A stretch of DNA of 64,000 nt. It comes from Paludibacteraceae bacterium. GTDB lineage: Bacteria; Bacteroidota; Bacteroidia; Bacteroidales; Paludibacteraceae. The notes beneath the pieces are model-generated. The model was not told the DNA's origin and searched no databases. It worked only from the letters and a program-made list of their open reading frames with translations. Location of the stretch: contig JAFYSB010000008.1 in assembly GCA_017546705.1 (NCBI GenBank), positions 4,741 through 68,740 of the forward strand. Direction: 5' to 3'. Positions 26,726 to 36,406 of the stretch are shown one piece after another (positions within the stretch are counted from its first letter, which is position 1; each line of letters starts with the position of its first letter). The translations under genes were made by a program, and so were the position numbers.

Positions 26726-28564
26726 ATGAACATCATATCACTCTTAAAACGCTTTGTACCGCCATATCGTTGGCAAGTGGCAGCAAACCTATTTTTCAAT
26801 ATCCTCTCTACGATATTGTCGCTATTCTCATTTGCTACGATTATCCCCGTCTTGCAGATTCTATTTGGCCTTTCAGAGTTGGAGGTTGCTTATACACCTT
26901 TGTCGGATGCTGCCACTATGCAAGAAACAATCAATGTTTTGAAGAATAATTTGTATTATTTCTTGCAGACACAAATTGATACCCATGGTGCGCAATCTGT
27001 ATTGTTACTATTAGGAGCTTGCTTGGTGCTTCTCACGGGTTTCAAGTGCCTCACCGCATGGCTTGCGAACTATTTCATGGTGCCTATACGCACGGGCGTG
27101 CTACGCGACCTGCGCGCGCAATTGTATAAGAAGGTGGTCAGTTTGCCTATCGGTTTCTTTACTGAAGAGCGCAAAGGTGATGTCATGTCGCGCATGACTA
27201 ACGATGTGAATGAGGTGGAGGCGAGTATCATGTCCACATTGGATATGCTATTCAAAGATCCCATCATGATTCTAGTTTATCTCATCACGCTCTTTACTAT
27301 CTCGTGGCAACTCACGCTGTTTGTGCTCGTGTTATTACCTATAGCGGGTTTGTTGATTGGACGTATCGGTCGTTCACTCAAACGTGCTTCTACCAAAGGT
27401 CAAGAACAAAATGCTGAGATTCTTACCCAAATAGATGAAACATTAGGTGGTCTACGTGTAGTTAAAGCCTTCAATGCTGAGGGCAAACTCACCCATCGTT
27501 TTCTCCATCTCATCAATGCCACACGTGCTACGTTCAACCGTATCAACCGCCGCTACTATTTGGCGCACCCTGTATCGGAGTTCTTTGGTACGGCACTCAT
27601 TGCCATTCTCCTATGGTTTGGCGGTACGCTGATCTTGGGTGACCATTCCTCTATTGACGCGGCTACATTCATCTATTACCTCGTGATTTTCTATTCCATT
27701 ATCAATCCTGCCAAAGACCTCAGCAAAGCCACTTATGGCATACGCCGTGGTATGGCTTCGTTGGAGCGAATAGATAAGATACTTAATACGGAAAGCAATA
27801 TTCGTATAGCGGAAAATCCAAAGCAAATAGCAGATTTTCAGTCGGTTATTCGTTATGAGGATGTCTGCTTCTCCTATCAAGCTGATCGCCCTGTGCTCAA
27901 GCATATTAATCTGGATATTCAGAAAGGGCAAACCATTGCTTTGGTAGGGCAATCAGGTAGTGGAAAGACAACAATGGCTGACTTACTACCACGCTTCTAT
28001 GACACTACTGCTGGGCGTATCACTATCGATGGTATAGACATACGAGAACTCAAGACTTTTGACCTTCGTGCCCTTATGGGCAATGTCAATCAGGAGGCGA
28101 TTCTCTTTAATGATACGTTCTATAACAATATTACATTTGGTGTAGAGTCTGCTACGATGGATGAGGTGCGCCATGCTGCGCGTATTGCTAATGCCGATGA
28201 CTTTATCATGGCGACGCCAGACCAATACCAAACGACGATTGGTGACCGAGGCTCACGCCTCAGCGGTGGACAACGCCAACGTATATCCATCGCACGTGCT
28301 ATACTTAAGAATCCACCAATTCTGATTTTGGATGAAGCTACTTCTGCGTTGGATACCGAATCGGAGAAACTAGTACAAGAGGCACTGGAGAATCTAATGA
28401 AGGACCGCACCACGCTGGTAGTAGCGCATCGCTTAAGTACTATTCGTAAGGCTGATCTTATTTGTGTGTTACATGAAGGACAAATCGTAGAAAGAGGTAC
28501 ACACGATGAGTTGTATGCTCTCAATGGTTATTACCGCAAACTAGTTGATATGCAGCAAGAGTAA
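26726..28564 (+). CDS. ABC transporter permease/ATP-binding protein (MsbA-like lipid exporter)
   Basis: 612 aa. Six TM helices. Walker A GQSGSGKTT, LSGGQRQR, ILILDEATSALD. Confidence 0.8.
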   Translation: MNIISLLKRFVPPYRWQVAANLFFNILSTILSLFSFATIIPVLQILFGLSELEVAYTPLSDAATMQETINVLKNNLYYFLQTQIDTHGAQSVLLLLGACLVLLTGFKCLTAWLANYFMVPIRTGVLRDLRAQLYKKVVSLPIGFFTEERKGDVMSRMTNDVNEVEASIMSTLDMLFKDPIMILVYLITLFTISWQLTLFVLVLLPIAGLLIGRIGRSLKRASTKGQEQNAEILTQIDETLGGLRVVKAFNAEGKLTHRFLHLINATRATFNRINRRYYLAHPVSEFFGTALIAILLWFGGTLILGDHSSIDAATFIYYLVIFYSIINPAKDLSKATYGIRRGMASLERIDKILNTESNIRIAENPKQIADFQSVIRYEDVCFSYQADRPVLKHINLDIQKGQTIALVGQSGSGKTTMADLLPRFYDTTAGRITIDGIDIRELKTFDLRALMGNVNQEAILFNDTFYNNITFGVESATMDEVRHAARIANADDFIMATPDQYQTTIGDRGSRLSGGQRQRISIARAILKNPPILILDEATSALDTESEKLVQEALENLMKDRTTLVVAHRLSTIRKADLICVLHEGQIVERGTHDELYALNGYYRKLVDMQQE

Positions 28565-28568
28565 GGAT

Positions 28569-28602
28569 AAAAAAACGAATGCCATCGCATAATCGTTTTT
28601 TT
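28569..28602. terminator. Bidirectional terminator hairpin between convergent genes
   Basis: AAAAAAACGA-loop-TCGTTTTTTT, between the stops at 28564 (+) and 28635 (-). Confidence 0.7.
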
Positions 28603-28634
28603 ATGATTAGTTATGTAGGCTCGATAGTAATCCG

Positions 28635-31274
28635 TTATTTTCCGCCAACTAATTTCTTAATTTCGCTTAGTTTGTTCAGTGCCTCCAAAGGAGTTAGATT
28701 ATTGATGTCCAAAGTCTTCACTTCATCACGAATCTGCTCCAATACAGGGTCGTCCAATTGGAAGAAACTGAGCTGCATGCCGCTTGGTGCGCTGACCGAT
28801 GCTTTGCCACTACCGATTGTTGGCGATGAGGCTATAGGCGATTGGCTATGGTCATTTTCTAAGTCTTTCAATATCTGATTCGCACGCTGAATAATCGACG
28901 ACGGCATACCTGCTAGTTTTGCTACATGGATACCAAAACTATGCTCCGAGCCACCGCGCACCAACTTACGCATGAAGATTACCTTTCCGTTGGCCTCGCG
29001 CACCGACACATTGTAGTTGCGTATGCGCTGGAAACTCTCCTCCATCTCATTGAGCTCGTGGTAGTGGGTCGCAAACAATGTTTTCGCATGCCCCTTTTGT
29101 TCGTGGATATACTCCACAATTGCCCAAGCAATGGAGATACCATCATAGGTGCTGGTACCGCGACCCAACTCGTCGAAGAGCACTAGACTGCGCTCGCTGA
29201 GGTTGTTCAAGATACTTGCTGCCTCGTTCATCTCCACCATAAAGGTACTCTCACCTAATGATATATTATCGCTTGCACCCACGCGCGTGAAGATCTTATC
29301 TACTACACCAATGCTAGCGCTTTCCGCAGGTACGAAGCTACCCATCTGTGCCATCAGCACAATGAGTGCTGTTTGGCGGAGTAGGGCAGATTTACCTGCC
29401 ATATTCGGACCCGTGATGATGATAATCTGCTGCCCATTGTTGTCCAATAGCACATCGTTAGGCACGTACTCCTCATCCATTGGCAATTGCTTTTCAATCA
29501 CAGGGTGACGACCTTGGCGGATATCAATCACCAGACTATCGTTGATAGCAGGACACACATACTTATTCTCCACCGCCACACGCGCAAAGCCCATCAAGCA
29601 GTCCATCTGCGCAATCACGTTGGCATCCATCTGCATTTGTGGTACATACTCGGTCAATGCCAACATCAGTTCGGTGTAAAGACGTGTCTCAATGATCTGA
29701 ATCTGTCCTTCCGCATTGAGAATCTTATCTTCGTATTCTTTGAGCTCTTGTGTGATATAGCGCTCGGCATTCACCAAGGTCTGCTTGCGAATCCATGTCT
29801 CTGGCACTTGATCTTTGTAGGTGTTGCGCACTTCCAAATAATAGCCAAACACATTGTTGTATCCTATCTTAAGCGACTGAATACCAGTAGCATCTATCTC
29901 TCGTTGCTGTATTTGCAAGAGGCGTTCTTTGCCATGGGCTTGTATGTCGCGCAGCTCGTCCAATTCGGTATTTACACCACGTGCAATGGTATTTGGACGA
30001 CCCTGTACGGCAGGCGGATCAGGAGTAATCTCACGTTGGATTCTCGCGCACATCTCGCTGCACAGACTGAGTTGTTCGCCGAGCAAACGCAAGTACGAAT
30101 TATCGGTTGCGCTCTCACAAATCTGCTTGATAGGCGCAATGCACTGTAGTGCCACACTCAGTTGTACCATCTCGCGAGGGGATATTCTGCCTGTAGAAAT
30201 CTTGCCCACAATTCGCTCCATATCCATGATTCGCTCTAAGTTCTCACGAATAATCTCGCGCTCCTCTGGATGGCGGAATAAGTATTCTACTACCGTCTGA
30301 CGGTTGCGAATCGCACGCACATCCTTCAGTGGGAATGCCAACCAACGATGCAGCAGTCGTCCGCCCATTGGCGTAGTCGTGCGGTCAATGATATCATATA
30401 GCGTAGTGCTATTCTCGCGTTGTCCGCTCAATAGCTCCAAGTTGCGAATCGTGAAGCGGTCCATCCATACGAACTTATCCTCTTCAATGCGACTAAGATG
30501 CTGAATATGACCATTTTGCAGGTGTTGTGTGGCATCTAGGTAGTGTAATATAGCACCTGCTGCTATCACGCCTTCAGGCAATTGCTCCACGCCGAAGCCT
30601 TTCAAGTTCTGCACCTGAAACTGCTTGGTCAGTCTATCCATCGCAGCATCGTGGGTCATCATCCAGTCGTCCAACTCAAAGGTGAAGTATTTGCTTCCAA
30701 AAGCCGCTTCAAACACTTGCTTCTTGCCGCGCAAATACAATACTTCCTTAGGCGCAAAGTTTACCAACAGTTTGTCAATATAATCGCTTGTGCCTTGTGC
30801 AACGAGAAACTCGCCCGTAGATATGTCCAAGAACGAAACACCCACTTCGCGTTTGCCAAAGTTTACACATGCCAACCAGGTGTTCTCCTTTTGTTGCAAT
30901 GTAGTATCCGAATAACTCACACCAGGCGTAACCAATTCTGTCACACCGCGTTTTACGAGTTTCTTAGTCAGTTTAGGGTCTTCTAATTGGTCACAGATAG
31001 CCACACGCAACCCTGCTCGTACTAGTTTAGGCAGATAGGTGTCTAGCGCATGGAATGGGAAGCCCGCCATCTCTAAGGCTTTAGCTTCTTTGCTCGCACC
31101 GTTGCTACGATGCGTAAGCGTGATATTTAGAATCTTACTTGCTCGAACCGCATCTTCAGCGTATGTCTCATAGAAATCGCCACAGCGAAACAGCAATACC
31201 GCATCAGGGTATTGGTTCTTTATCTCGCGAAACTGTCGCATCATTGGGGTTTCTGCTGCGTCTATCTTTGCCAT
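28635..31274 (-). CDS. mutS: DNA mismatch repair protein MutS
   Basis: 879 aa. N-terminal TPMMRQF, Walker [26 protein letters not shown]. Confidence 0.95.
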   Translation of the reverse strand: MAKIDAAETPMMRQFREIKNQYPDAVLLFRCGDFYETYAEDAVRASKILNITLTHRSNGASKEAKALEMAGFPFHALDTYLPKLVRAGLRVAICDQLEDPKLTKKLVKRGVTELVTPGVSYSDTTLQQKENTWLACVNFGKREVGVSFLDISTGEFLVAQGTSDYIDKLLVNFAPKEVLYLRGKKQVFEAAFGSKYFTFELDDWMMTHDAAMDRLTKQFQVQNLKGFGVEQLPEGVIAAGAILHYLDATQHLQNGHIQHLSRIEEDKFVWMDRFTIRNLELLSGQRENSTTLYDIIDRTTTPMGGRLLHRWLAFPLKDVRAIRNRQTVVEYLFRHPEEREIIRENLERIMDMERIVGKISTGRISPREMVQLSVALQCIAPIKQICESATDNSYLRLLGEQLSLCSEMCARIQREITPDPPAVQGRPNTIARGVNTELDELRDIQAHGKERLLQIQQREIDATGIQSLKIGYNNVFGYYLEVRNTYKDQVPETWIRKQTLVNAERYITQELKEYEDKILNAEGQIQIIETRLYTELMLALTEYVPQMQMDANVIAQMDCLMGFARVAVENKYVCPAINDSLVIDIRQGRHPVIEKQLPMDEEYVPNDVLLDNNGQQIIIITGPNMAGKSALLRQTALIVLMAQMGSFVPAESASIGVVDKIFTRVGASDNISLGESTFMVEMNEAASILNNLSERSLVLFDELGRGTSTYDGISIAWAIVEYIHEQKGHAKTLFATHYHELNEMEESFQRIRNYNVSVREANGKVIFMRKLVRGGSEHSFGIHVAKLAGMPSSIIQRANQILKDLENDHSQSPIASSPTIGSGKASVSAPSGMQLSFFQLDDPVLEQIRDEVKTLDINNLTPLEALNKLSEIKKLVGGK

Positions 31275-31302
31275 ATATTTTTGTTCGTTTTAAAAATCTA
31301 AA

Positions 31303-33792
31303 CTATTTTATTCTTACATCAATCTTCAAGTTGAACATACGTCCTGTAAGGTAGTTCGGACTAGCCCATTGCAAACCATCGGCGGCGGTGACCCAATAGT
31401 AACTATTCACATTCTTCCAGCCAATCAAGTTGAATACATCAAACTGTACGCTCCAACTATCCACGTGTTTGCTCTTCTTCATCCATTTGTCGGTATCGGC
31501 TGAGAATGTGCGACTGGCACCTATATCAATACGTTTGTAATCACCCATATGTCCTAGATAACGCATCTCTTCTCGGCGAGGATAACCAAAAGGTAAACCT
31601 TCGCTCCAGATGAACTTGAGGTGCAACTTGTATTGAGGCAATTGGGGTAGGTAGTCTTGGAAATATACTGTAAGGTTATAACGTTGCTCCTGTGGAGTAG
31701 GAATCCAGCCAAGATTATGCTTGTCGTCTGTGAAACGCATACGGCTGCGCATGGTGGAGAAACTAATCCAAGAATCGGCACCTGGTGCCAACTCACCAAA
31801 GAGCTTCAAGTCTAAGCCAACGGTATAGCCCTCGCTATCATTTTTACCCGAGTAGCGCACGCGCACGTTATCCACGGTGTAGCTCTCCATGCGGTCCATA
31901 TATTTGCCATACGCCTCGGCGGTGAACTTAAACGGACGTCCCCACGCACGGAAGTAATAGTCGGTACCGAGTACCAATTGATACGAGCGTTGCGCTTTGA
32001 GTTGGTCGTTCAGGTGAATGCGATACACGCCATTCTCGTCTTGGTAGGTTTGGCGCAACTCCTTGTAGAATGGTGCTTGGTAATACACACCCGTTGCCAC
32101 GCGGAACGTGAAATCGCGCTTCCAGCCTGGCATCCATACCACGCTCACGCGAGGGGATGGAAGCACCTCATTGGTAAAAGTCCAGTAGTTGAGGCGCATA
32201 CCTGCGGTTAAGAATACTTTGCCTTGCTCCGTGCTCCAGCGATAGGTATTTTGCGCATAGGCTTGCAGGCGACCGTTCAGCATGCGTGTGGTACCTTTCA
32301 TGGCGTAGTAGAGTGCCATCTCTTGCTCTATATTAGGCAGACTATAACCCATGGAATCGCGCCACTCCCACTCGCTGATGCGGTCGTTGATCATCTCCAA
32401 TTGTCCACTCACGCCCCATTTCAAGGTGTTCTCACCGCGTTTCCATTCGCCTGTGTGAGCAAGTGTTATCATGCTGGCTTGCAGGGTGTTGCGTGCGTGT
32501 TCGTGGAACTCACCCTTGCCGAGTAGGTTTTGGTTGCCTTCCGGGGTGGTGATTTCGTTGTTGGCATTACCACCATGGTTACTCTCTTCGCCACTCATAT
32601 CTTGCTGGCGAAGCATGTATTCGCTGCGGATATCGTATGTCTCTTGTTCGTGGGTGTAGAATCCACTCAAATCCACGCCTACTTTCACTTCTGGATGTAC
32701 TTTGCCGTATGCGCTCAGTGCAGCAAAGGCAGTGCGGAACATATCTTTTTCCTTGCCCTCGTAGTAAATGGTGTTCTTCACTGCGTTTTGCATACCACCA
32801 AAGCTTGTGACTGATGAGTCAGGAGTAAACTCGTAGCTATTCTGCGAGAAGTTGCCCATCAATCGAATCTCCCAATCACGTTGTTTGCCTACCTTCCACG
32901 TCATCTGCGTTTGATAGTCCACGAAGTTGGGCTTGTAGTTGCCTTTGGTGTCCAATGCACCGAGCATGTATTTGGATGTCTTATAGCGAATGCCGTGCAT
33001 TTGACTCTGCAAACTATCTCCCCAACCTAGGTAGGCGCTTGCACCTAAGATACTGATGTTCAGATGAGATTCTAATTGAGTAGGACGTTTGTAGCGAATA
33101 TCTAATACCGACGACATCTTGTCGCCATACATGGCATCAAATCCACCTGCGGAGAAGTCCACGCTCTCCACCATGTCGGCATTCACGAAGCTCAATCCCT
33201 CTTGTTGTCCGCTACGGATAAGCAATGGACGATGTACCTCTAAGCCATTGACATATACCGAGTTTTCGTCGTAGGTGCCACCACGCACATTGTACTGGCT
33301 ACTCATCTCGTTGTTTTGCCTTACGCCTGCAAAGGTGATAAGCAGACTCTCAATGCCGCCACCTGTGGCATCGGGCATCAATCGTGCCACGCCTATGTCG
33401 GTGCGTTCCATCGTACCTGTCTGCCGCTGAATACCACGCACGGTGATCTCGCTGAGCATCTCCTCGTTGGTAGGGAGGACTACATTCACGCCAAGCACTT
33501 GATTCTGAGTGTATAGCTGCTGACGAATAGTCTCGTAGCCCATCATGGAATATACCATGATGATGGTGTCGCCCATCTCGATGGTGAGGTCGTAATAGCC
33601 GTTTTGATTGGTGGTAGTACCGTTGGTGGTACCCTCTACATACACGTTCGCTAACTCAATGCCGCGGTTATCCGAATCGAGTACATAACCAAATACGCGC
33701 ACCTGAGGCACTTTAGCCCAAGTGACCAATGAAAAAAACAGCAGGCAAAGGATTATGCCTATGGTTCTTGTTATGTGATTTGATAGATACAT
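31303..33792 (-). CDS. TonB-dependent receptor-like outer-membrane protein with CarboxypepD_reg N-terminal domain
   Basis: Start moved to MYLSNH (the -7 box at 33816-33823 lies inside the longer ORF). RVFGYVLDSDNRGIELANVYVEGT is a carboxypeptidase-regulatory-like fold, followed by a plug and a large barrel. Confidence 0.75.
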   Translation of the reverse strand: MYLSNHITRTIGIILCLLFFSLVTWAKVPQVRVFGYVLDSDNRGIELANVYVEGTTNGTTTNQNGYYDLTIEMGDTIIMVYSMMGYETIRQQLYTQNQVLGVNVVLPTNEEMLSEITVRGIQRQTGTMERTDIGVARLMPDATGGGIESLLITFAGVRQNNEMSSQYNVRGGTYDENSVYVNGLEVHRPLLIRSGQQEGLSFVNADMVESVDFSAGGFDAMYGDKMSSVLDIRYKRPTQLESHLNISILGASAYLGWGDSLQSQMHGIRYKTSKYMLGALDTKGNYKPNFVDYQTQMTWKVGKQRDWEIRLMGNFSQNSYEFTPDSSVTSFGGMQNAVKNTIYYEGKEKDMFRTAFAALSAYGKVHPEVKVGVDLSGFYTHEQETYDIRSEYMLRQQDMSGEESNHGGNANNEITTPEGNQNLLGKGEFHEHARNTLQASMITLAHTGEWKRGENTLKWGVSGQLEMINDRISEWEWRDSMGYSLPNIEQEMALYYAMKGTTRMLNGRLQAYAQNTYRWSTEQGKVFLTAGMRLNYWTFTNEVLPSPRVSVVWMPGWKRDFTFRVATGVYYQAPFYKELRQTYQDENGVYRIHLNDQLKAQRSYQLVLGTDYYFRAWGRPFKFTAEAYGKYMDRMESYTVDNVRVRYSGKNDSEGYTVGLDLKLFGELAPGADSWISFSTMRSRMRFTDDKHNLGWIPTPQEQRYNLTVYFQDYLPQLPQYKLHLKFIWSEGLPFGYPRREEMRYLGHMGDYKRIDIGASRTFSADTDKWMKKSKHVDSWSVQFDVFNLIGWKNVNSYYWVTAADGLQWASPNYLTGRMFNLKIDVRIK

Positions 33793-33815
33793 GCACAATA
33801 TCCCAATTAAACGCG

Positions 33816-33823
33816 CAAAGGTA
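33816..33823 (-). promoter_or_regulatory. -7 promoter box TACCTTTG for the TonB-dependent receptor gene
   Basis: The plus strand reads CAAAGGTA, 24 nt upstream of the ATG at 33792. Confidence 0.55.
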
Positions 33824-33865
33824 CGGAAAAATTTGCATATACGCAAGTATTGAGTGCTTTTTTTA

Positions 33866-33930
33866 GGTGAAAGGGGAAAACTGGAAGGTTAAAAGTGAAA
33901 GGTTAAAGGTTAAAGGTTAGAGGTGAAAGG
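33866..33930. repeat. AGGTTAA heptamer array (~9 units)
   Basis: Units aggtgaa aggggaa aactgga aggttaa aagtgaa aggttaa aggttaa aggttag aggtgaa. It contains the stop (33917-33919) of the minus-strand gene. Confidence 0.85.
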
Positions 33931-34333
33931 CGTGGATTTTTGTACGAAGTATGAGGTAAACGATGCCTAATGCAATGATTATCCAAAGTACAATGGTGCA
34001 GCGTTTGTAGAATGGTGGTATATAGCGCTCAGGGGGGTGTTCTACTACGCGGTCACGATACTCCACGACGTGGATCGTGTCCGCTATAGTTGACAGTTGA
34101 CAGTTGAGAGTTGACAGTTGTTTGTCGCGATAAACTTCCTTCGTGATAAAGACTGTATCGTGGACTATGCGCTCGCGATAGACAATGCTGTCGTGGATAG
34201 TTGACAGTTGAGAGTTGACAGTTGACAGTTGGGAAACGCTGTTGTGATGTACACTGTCAATAGTACACTGTACACTGTCAAGGCTTTTGCATGAAGCAAG
34301 GAATACAAGGAAAAGGAGACAAAGATAACGCAT
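33917..34333 (-). CDS. Small lipoprotein with a C-terminal TM anchor (unimolecular-spanin-like topology), carrying two heptamer-array insertions
   Basis: Start at MRYLCLLFLVFLASC (lipobox). C-terminal TM CTIVLWIIIALGIVYLIL. Internal QLSTVNSQLST and QLSTLNCQLST are encoded by arrays at 34198-34232 and 34087-34120. Confidence 0.55.
   Translation of the reverse strand: MRYLCLLFLVFLASCKSLDSVQCTIDSVHHNSVSQLSTVNSQLSTIHDSIVYRERIVHDTVFITKEVYRDKQLSTLNCQLSTIADTIHVVEYRDRVVEHPPERYIPPFYKRCTIVLWIIIALGIVYLILRTKIHAFHL
34087..34232. repeat. Two CAGTTGA heptamer arrays (34087-34120 and 34198-34232) inside a CDS
   Basis: Sequences tagttgacagttgacagttgagagttgacagttg and tagttgacagttgagagttgacagttgacagttgg. Confidence 0.85.
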
Positions 34334-34350
34334 GACGAGATTATGTTTAA

Positions 34351-34507
34351 AAGACAATTATTGTCAATTTTGACGTCAATTAGTATCAATTTTTTTTAAC
34401 AAAAATACGCTCGTGCCGAGCTACAAAAATATATATAAATCGAAGAACCCATTTTTGTTTTTGCCCATAAGAATGCAGCACACTGCATTAGTGAGCAAAA
34501 CAAAAAT
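34351..34507 (-). promoter_or_regulatory. Repeated terminator-promoter module, copy 1
   Basis: ~160 nt similar to 36084-36240. It has a nested hairpin (TTTTTGTTTTTGC..AATGCAG-loop-CTGCATT..GCAAAACAAAAA) followed on the minus strand by TAnnTTTG-like boxes (TATTTTTG twice), and lies upstream of the ATG at 34333. Confidence 0.55.
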
Positions 34508-34544
34508 ATGATCATTGAAGATAAAGACGAAACCTGTTTCGCCT

Positions 34545-35144
34545 TTAAGAGGAGGAACGGCGGTGAGCAAAAGCCGCGGAGCGGATTTCTTTCTCGCAAG
34601 CACATTCCGACGAAGGGCAAGGAGTATTGTAGCCATACTCAGTACCAGGACGAAAGTCAGTGACTTCGAGGATGATCTCTTCATGGGATTGCGTTTCTAA
34701 TAGGAGGTTAGTGAACTTGTTTTCAGTTTCGCGGTCGGGTAGCAAGATACAACCTGTAGAGTGCTTTGGTTGCTTGCCTACATGGAAGCGGATCCCTTGC
34801 CTTAACGCTCCTACTCCCTTCGGTCGAGAAATCTTATTAATCTTATCTTGCTCGCTTCGTTCGCTCGGTGTACTCCGTAATCCATTGCCACCGCTCCTCG
34901 TATCGGAATCCCGATACTCGTGCGCTGAATCTTCAGTACATACGGGAGGTATGCGTGGGACGTTCTGCACGATGGGCAGAAGGCGACGGAACTTCGGAGA
35001 CATGGTGACGGCTACATGGTAGCAGAGGGCGGGGATTTGATAGCCGACACGCTCAAGGGTGTTGCAGAACCAACGACCATTGATAATAAGGCGACCAGTA
35101 ATGGCGGAGGTTTGGGGTTGATTACGGATTAAACGGATATACAT
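34545..35144 (-). CDS. DUF5675-like protein with a ~50-aa in-frame insertion and a C-terminal extension (possibly degenerate)
   Basis: The N-terminus MYIRLIRNQPQTSAITGRLIINGRWFCNTLER...AVTMSPKFRRLLPIVQNVP and the later GIRFHVGKQPKHSTGCILL match my recollection of DUF5675. The low-complexity segment between them has no counterpart. Confidence 0.5.
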   Translation of the reverse strand: MYIRLIRNQPQTSAITGRLIINGRWFCNTLERVGYQIPALCYHVAVTMSPKFRRLLPIVQNVPRIPPVCTEDSAHEYRDSDTRSGGNGLRSTPSERSEQDKINKISRPKGVGALRQGIRFHVGKQPKHSTGCILLPDRETENKFTNLLLETQSHEEIILEVTDFRPGTEYGYNTPCPSSECACEKEIRSAAFAHRRSSS

Positions 35145-35155
35145 ACTCTTTTGGT

Positions 35156-35199
35156 GTTTAGTGAACGCGCCTTAGGCGCTACTGTTTAGTGTTTAGAGG
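35156..35199. repeat. GTTTAGT-hairpin-GTTTAGT composite repeat, copy D
   Basis: Sequence gtttagtgaacGCGCCttaGGCGCtactgtttagtgtttagagg. Confidence 0.8.
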
Positions 35200-35328
35200 T
35201 CAGGAGGGGGATTTGTAGCGGTATTTATAGTCAATGCCTCGTCGTAGTACGCCATTTGCATTGACTGACGCTTTGCGTCATTGGGCAAAGGCGACTCCTC
35301 CTCTTAAAGTCGAAAACAAGTTTCGCCT

Positions 35329-35514
35329 TTATTCTTTATACCTGTATTTATAGTCAATGCCGATGAGTGAGCCGCTGAAGGTGAGTATCTCACCGAAGGC
35401 GATGAGTACGCTGTGATGAATCTCTGCTAATGGCGGGGCAATAAACCCCGCCGTCAGCATGAGACATCCAAAGACGCACAAGACTACTGATAATGTCAAT
35501 TGAATCTTTTTCAT
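35329..35514 (-). CDS. Small two-TM membrane protein (holin-like topology)
   Basis: 61 aa. Two hydrophobic helices (LTLSVVLCVFGCLMLTAGFIA and SVLIAFGEILTFSGSLIGI) and a charged C-terminus DYKYRYKE. Confidence 0.5.
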   Translation of the reverse strand: MKKIQLTLSVVLCVFGCLMLTAGFIAPPLAEIHHSVLIAFGEILTFSGSLIGIDYKYRYKE

Positions 35515-35639
35515 GATTGCCTTTTGTTTTTCATTCCCACGGATTTCTTGTTATTCCCACGGATTTCACTGATTTGCACTGATCTTCTTTGCTATCCGTG
35601 TTAATCCGTGAGATCAGTGGGAATGTAAAAAGTGTAAAC

Positions 35640-35987
35640 TTACTTGCCGTTTGCGAGTTCCTCTTTGCAAATGTGGAAGACAAAGGCATTGAGTGTTTTG
35701 AACTTGGATTGCTTGATGAATGCCGCTTGGTCACTTGCCATGAAAGCAGGGTCTTCCAAACGTTCGCGGGTCATCTGTGCGATTGCTGCGAACTGGGTGT
35801 TCCAAGTCTTTTGGTTGTCGGTGAGTTTGACTTTCTTCATCGGGTCGCGGTAGTTGGTGTAGCAAGGCATGCTGATCATGCGCTCATTGCTAGTGGGCGC
35901 TTGTCGCATGTTGAATACGACGCTGTGTGATTTACTGAGCTTGCCGCTCAAGCCAGTGATAGGGGCTGCTAAGGTTACGTGTGCCAT
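35640..35987 (-). CDS. Small hypothetical protein (paralog family with 36402..36743 and 49700..49903)
   Basis: Start taken at MAHVTLAAPITGLSGKL. Shares the G-K-hydrophobic ... T-x-x-Q ... F-A pattern with the two other small ORFs. Confidence 0.5.
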   Translation of the reverse strand: MAHVTLAAPITGLSGKLSKSHSVVFNMRQAPTSNERMISMPCYTNYRDPMKKVKLTDNQKTWNTQFAAIAQMTRERLEDPAFMASDQAAFIKQSKFKTLNAFVFHICKEELANGK

Positions 35988-36083
35988 ATGTGTTCGGCAA
36001 TCGAACACCGAGTAAAATAATTAAAAACAAAAATTGTAGAAAATTTGACCCAAAATTATCAAAAATTTCGAAGATCGTATTTT

Positions 36084-36240
36084 AAGACAATTCACGTCAA
36101 TTAAGGCGACAATTATTGACAATTATTTTTAGGAACAAAAATACGCTTCGCTACAAAAATTAATAAAAATCAATGATCATCTTTTGTTTTTGCTCTAATG
36201 AAATGCAGCAAAGCCGCATTTGGAGAGCAAAACAAAAAAG
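36084..36240 (-). promoter_or_regulatory. Repeated terminator-promoter module, copy 2
   Basis: Similar to 34351-34507. It has the same nested hairpin (CTTTTGTTTTTGCTC..AAATGC-loop-GCATTT..GAGCAAAACAAAAAAG) and lies upstream of the ATG at 35987. Confidence 0.55.
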
Positions 36241-36293
36241 TGTTTTTTACTCGGTGCTCGGAATCCTCCATGCCGTCGGAGGGGGGGGGGAGT

Positions 36294-36406
36294 GTTTAGT
36301 GTTTAGTGAACGCGGCGTTGCCGCTACTGTTTAGTGTTTAGGGGTTAGTGTTTAGTGAACGCTCGCGGGGCGAGCTACTGTTTAGTGTTTAGTGTTTAGG
36401 GTTAGG
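36294..36406. repeat. GTTTAGT-hairpin composite repeat, copy E (two tandem units)
   Basis: Hairpins GCGGCgttGCCGC and GCTCGCgggGCGAGC, each flanked by gtttagtgtttagtgaac / tactgtttagtgtttag. It contains the stop at 36402. Confidence 0.85.

Noticed and set aside
34521-35330. ~40-bp inverted repeat pair (34521-34560 and 35290-35330) flanking the DUF5675-like gene, which might indicate an invertible segment
   Set aside because: Each copy is itself a palindromic terminator-type hairpin (AAAGRCGAAAC..GTTTCGCCTTT), so the inverted similarity is largely trivial. No recombinase gene is adjacent. Only the short AAGAGGAGGA tail is orientation-specific.
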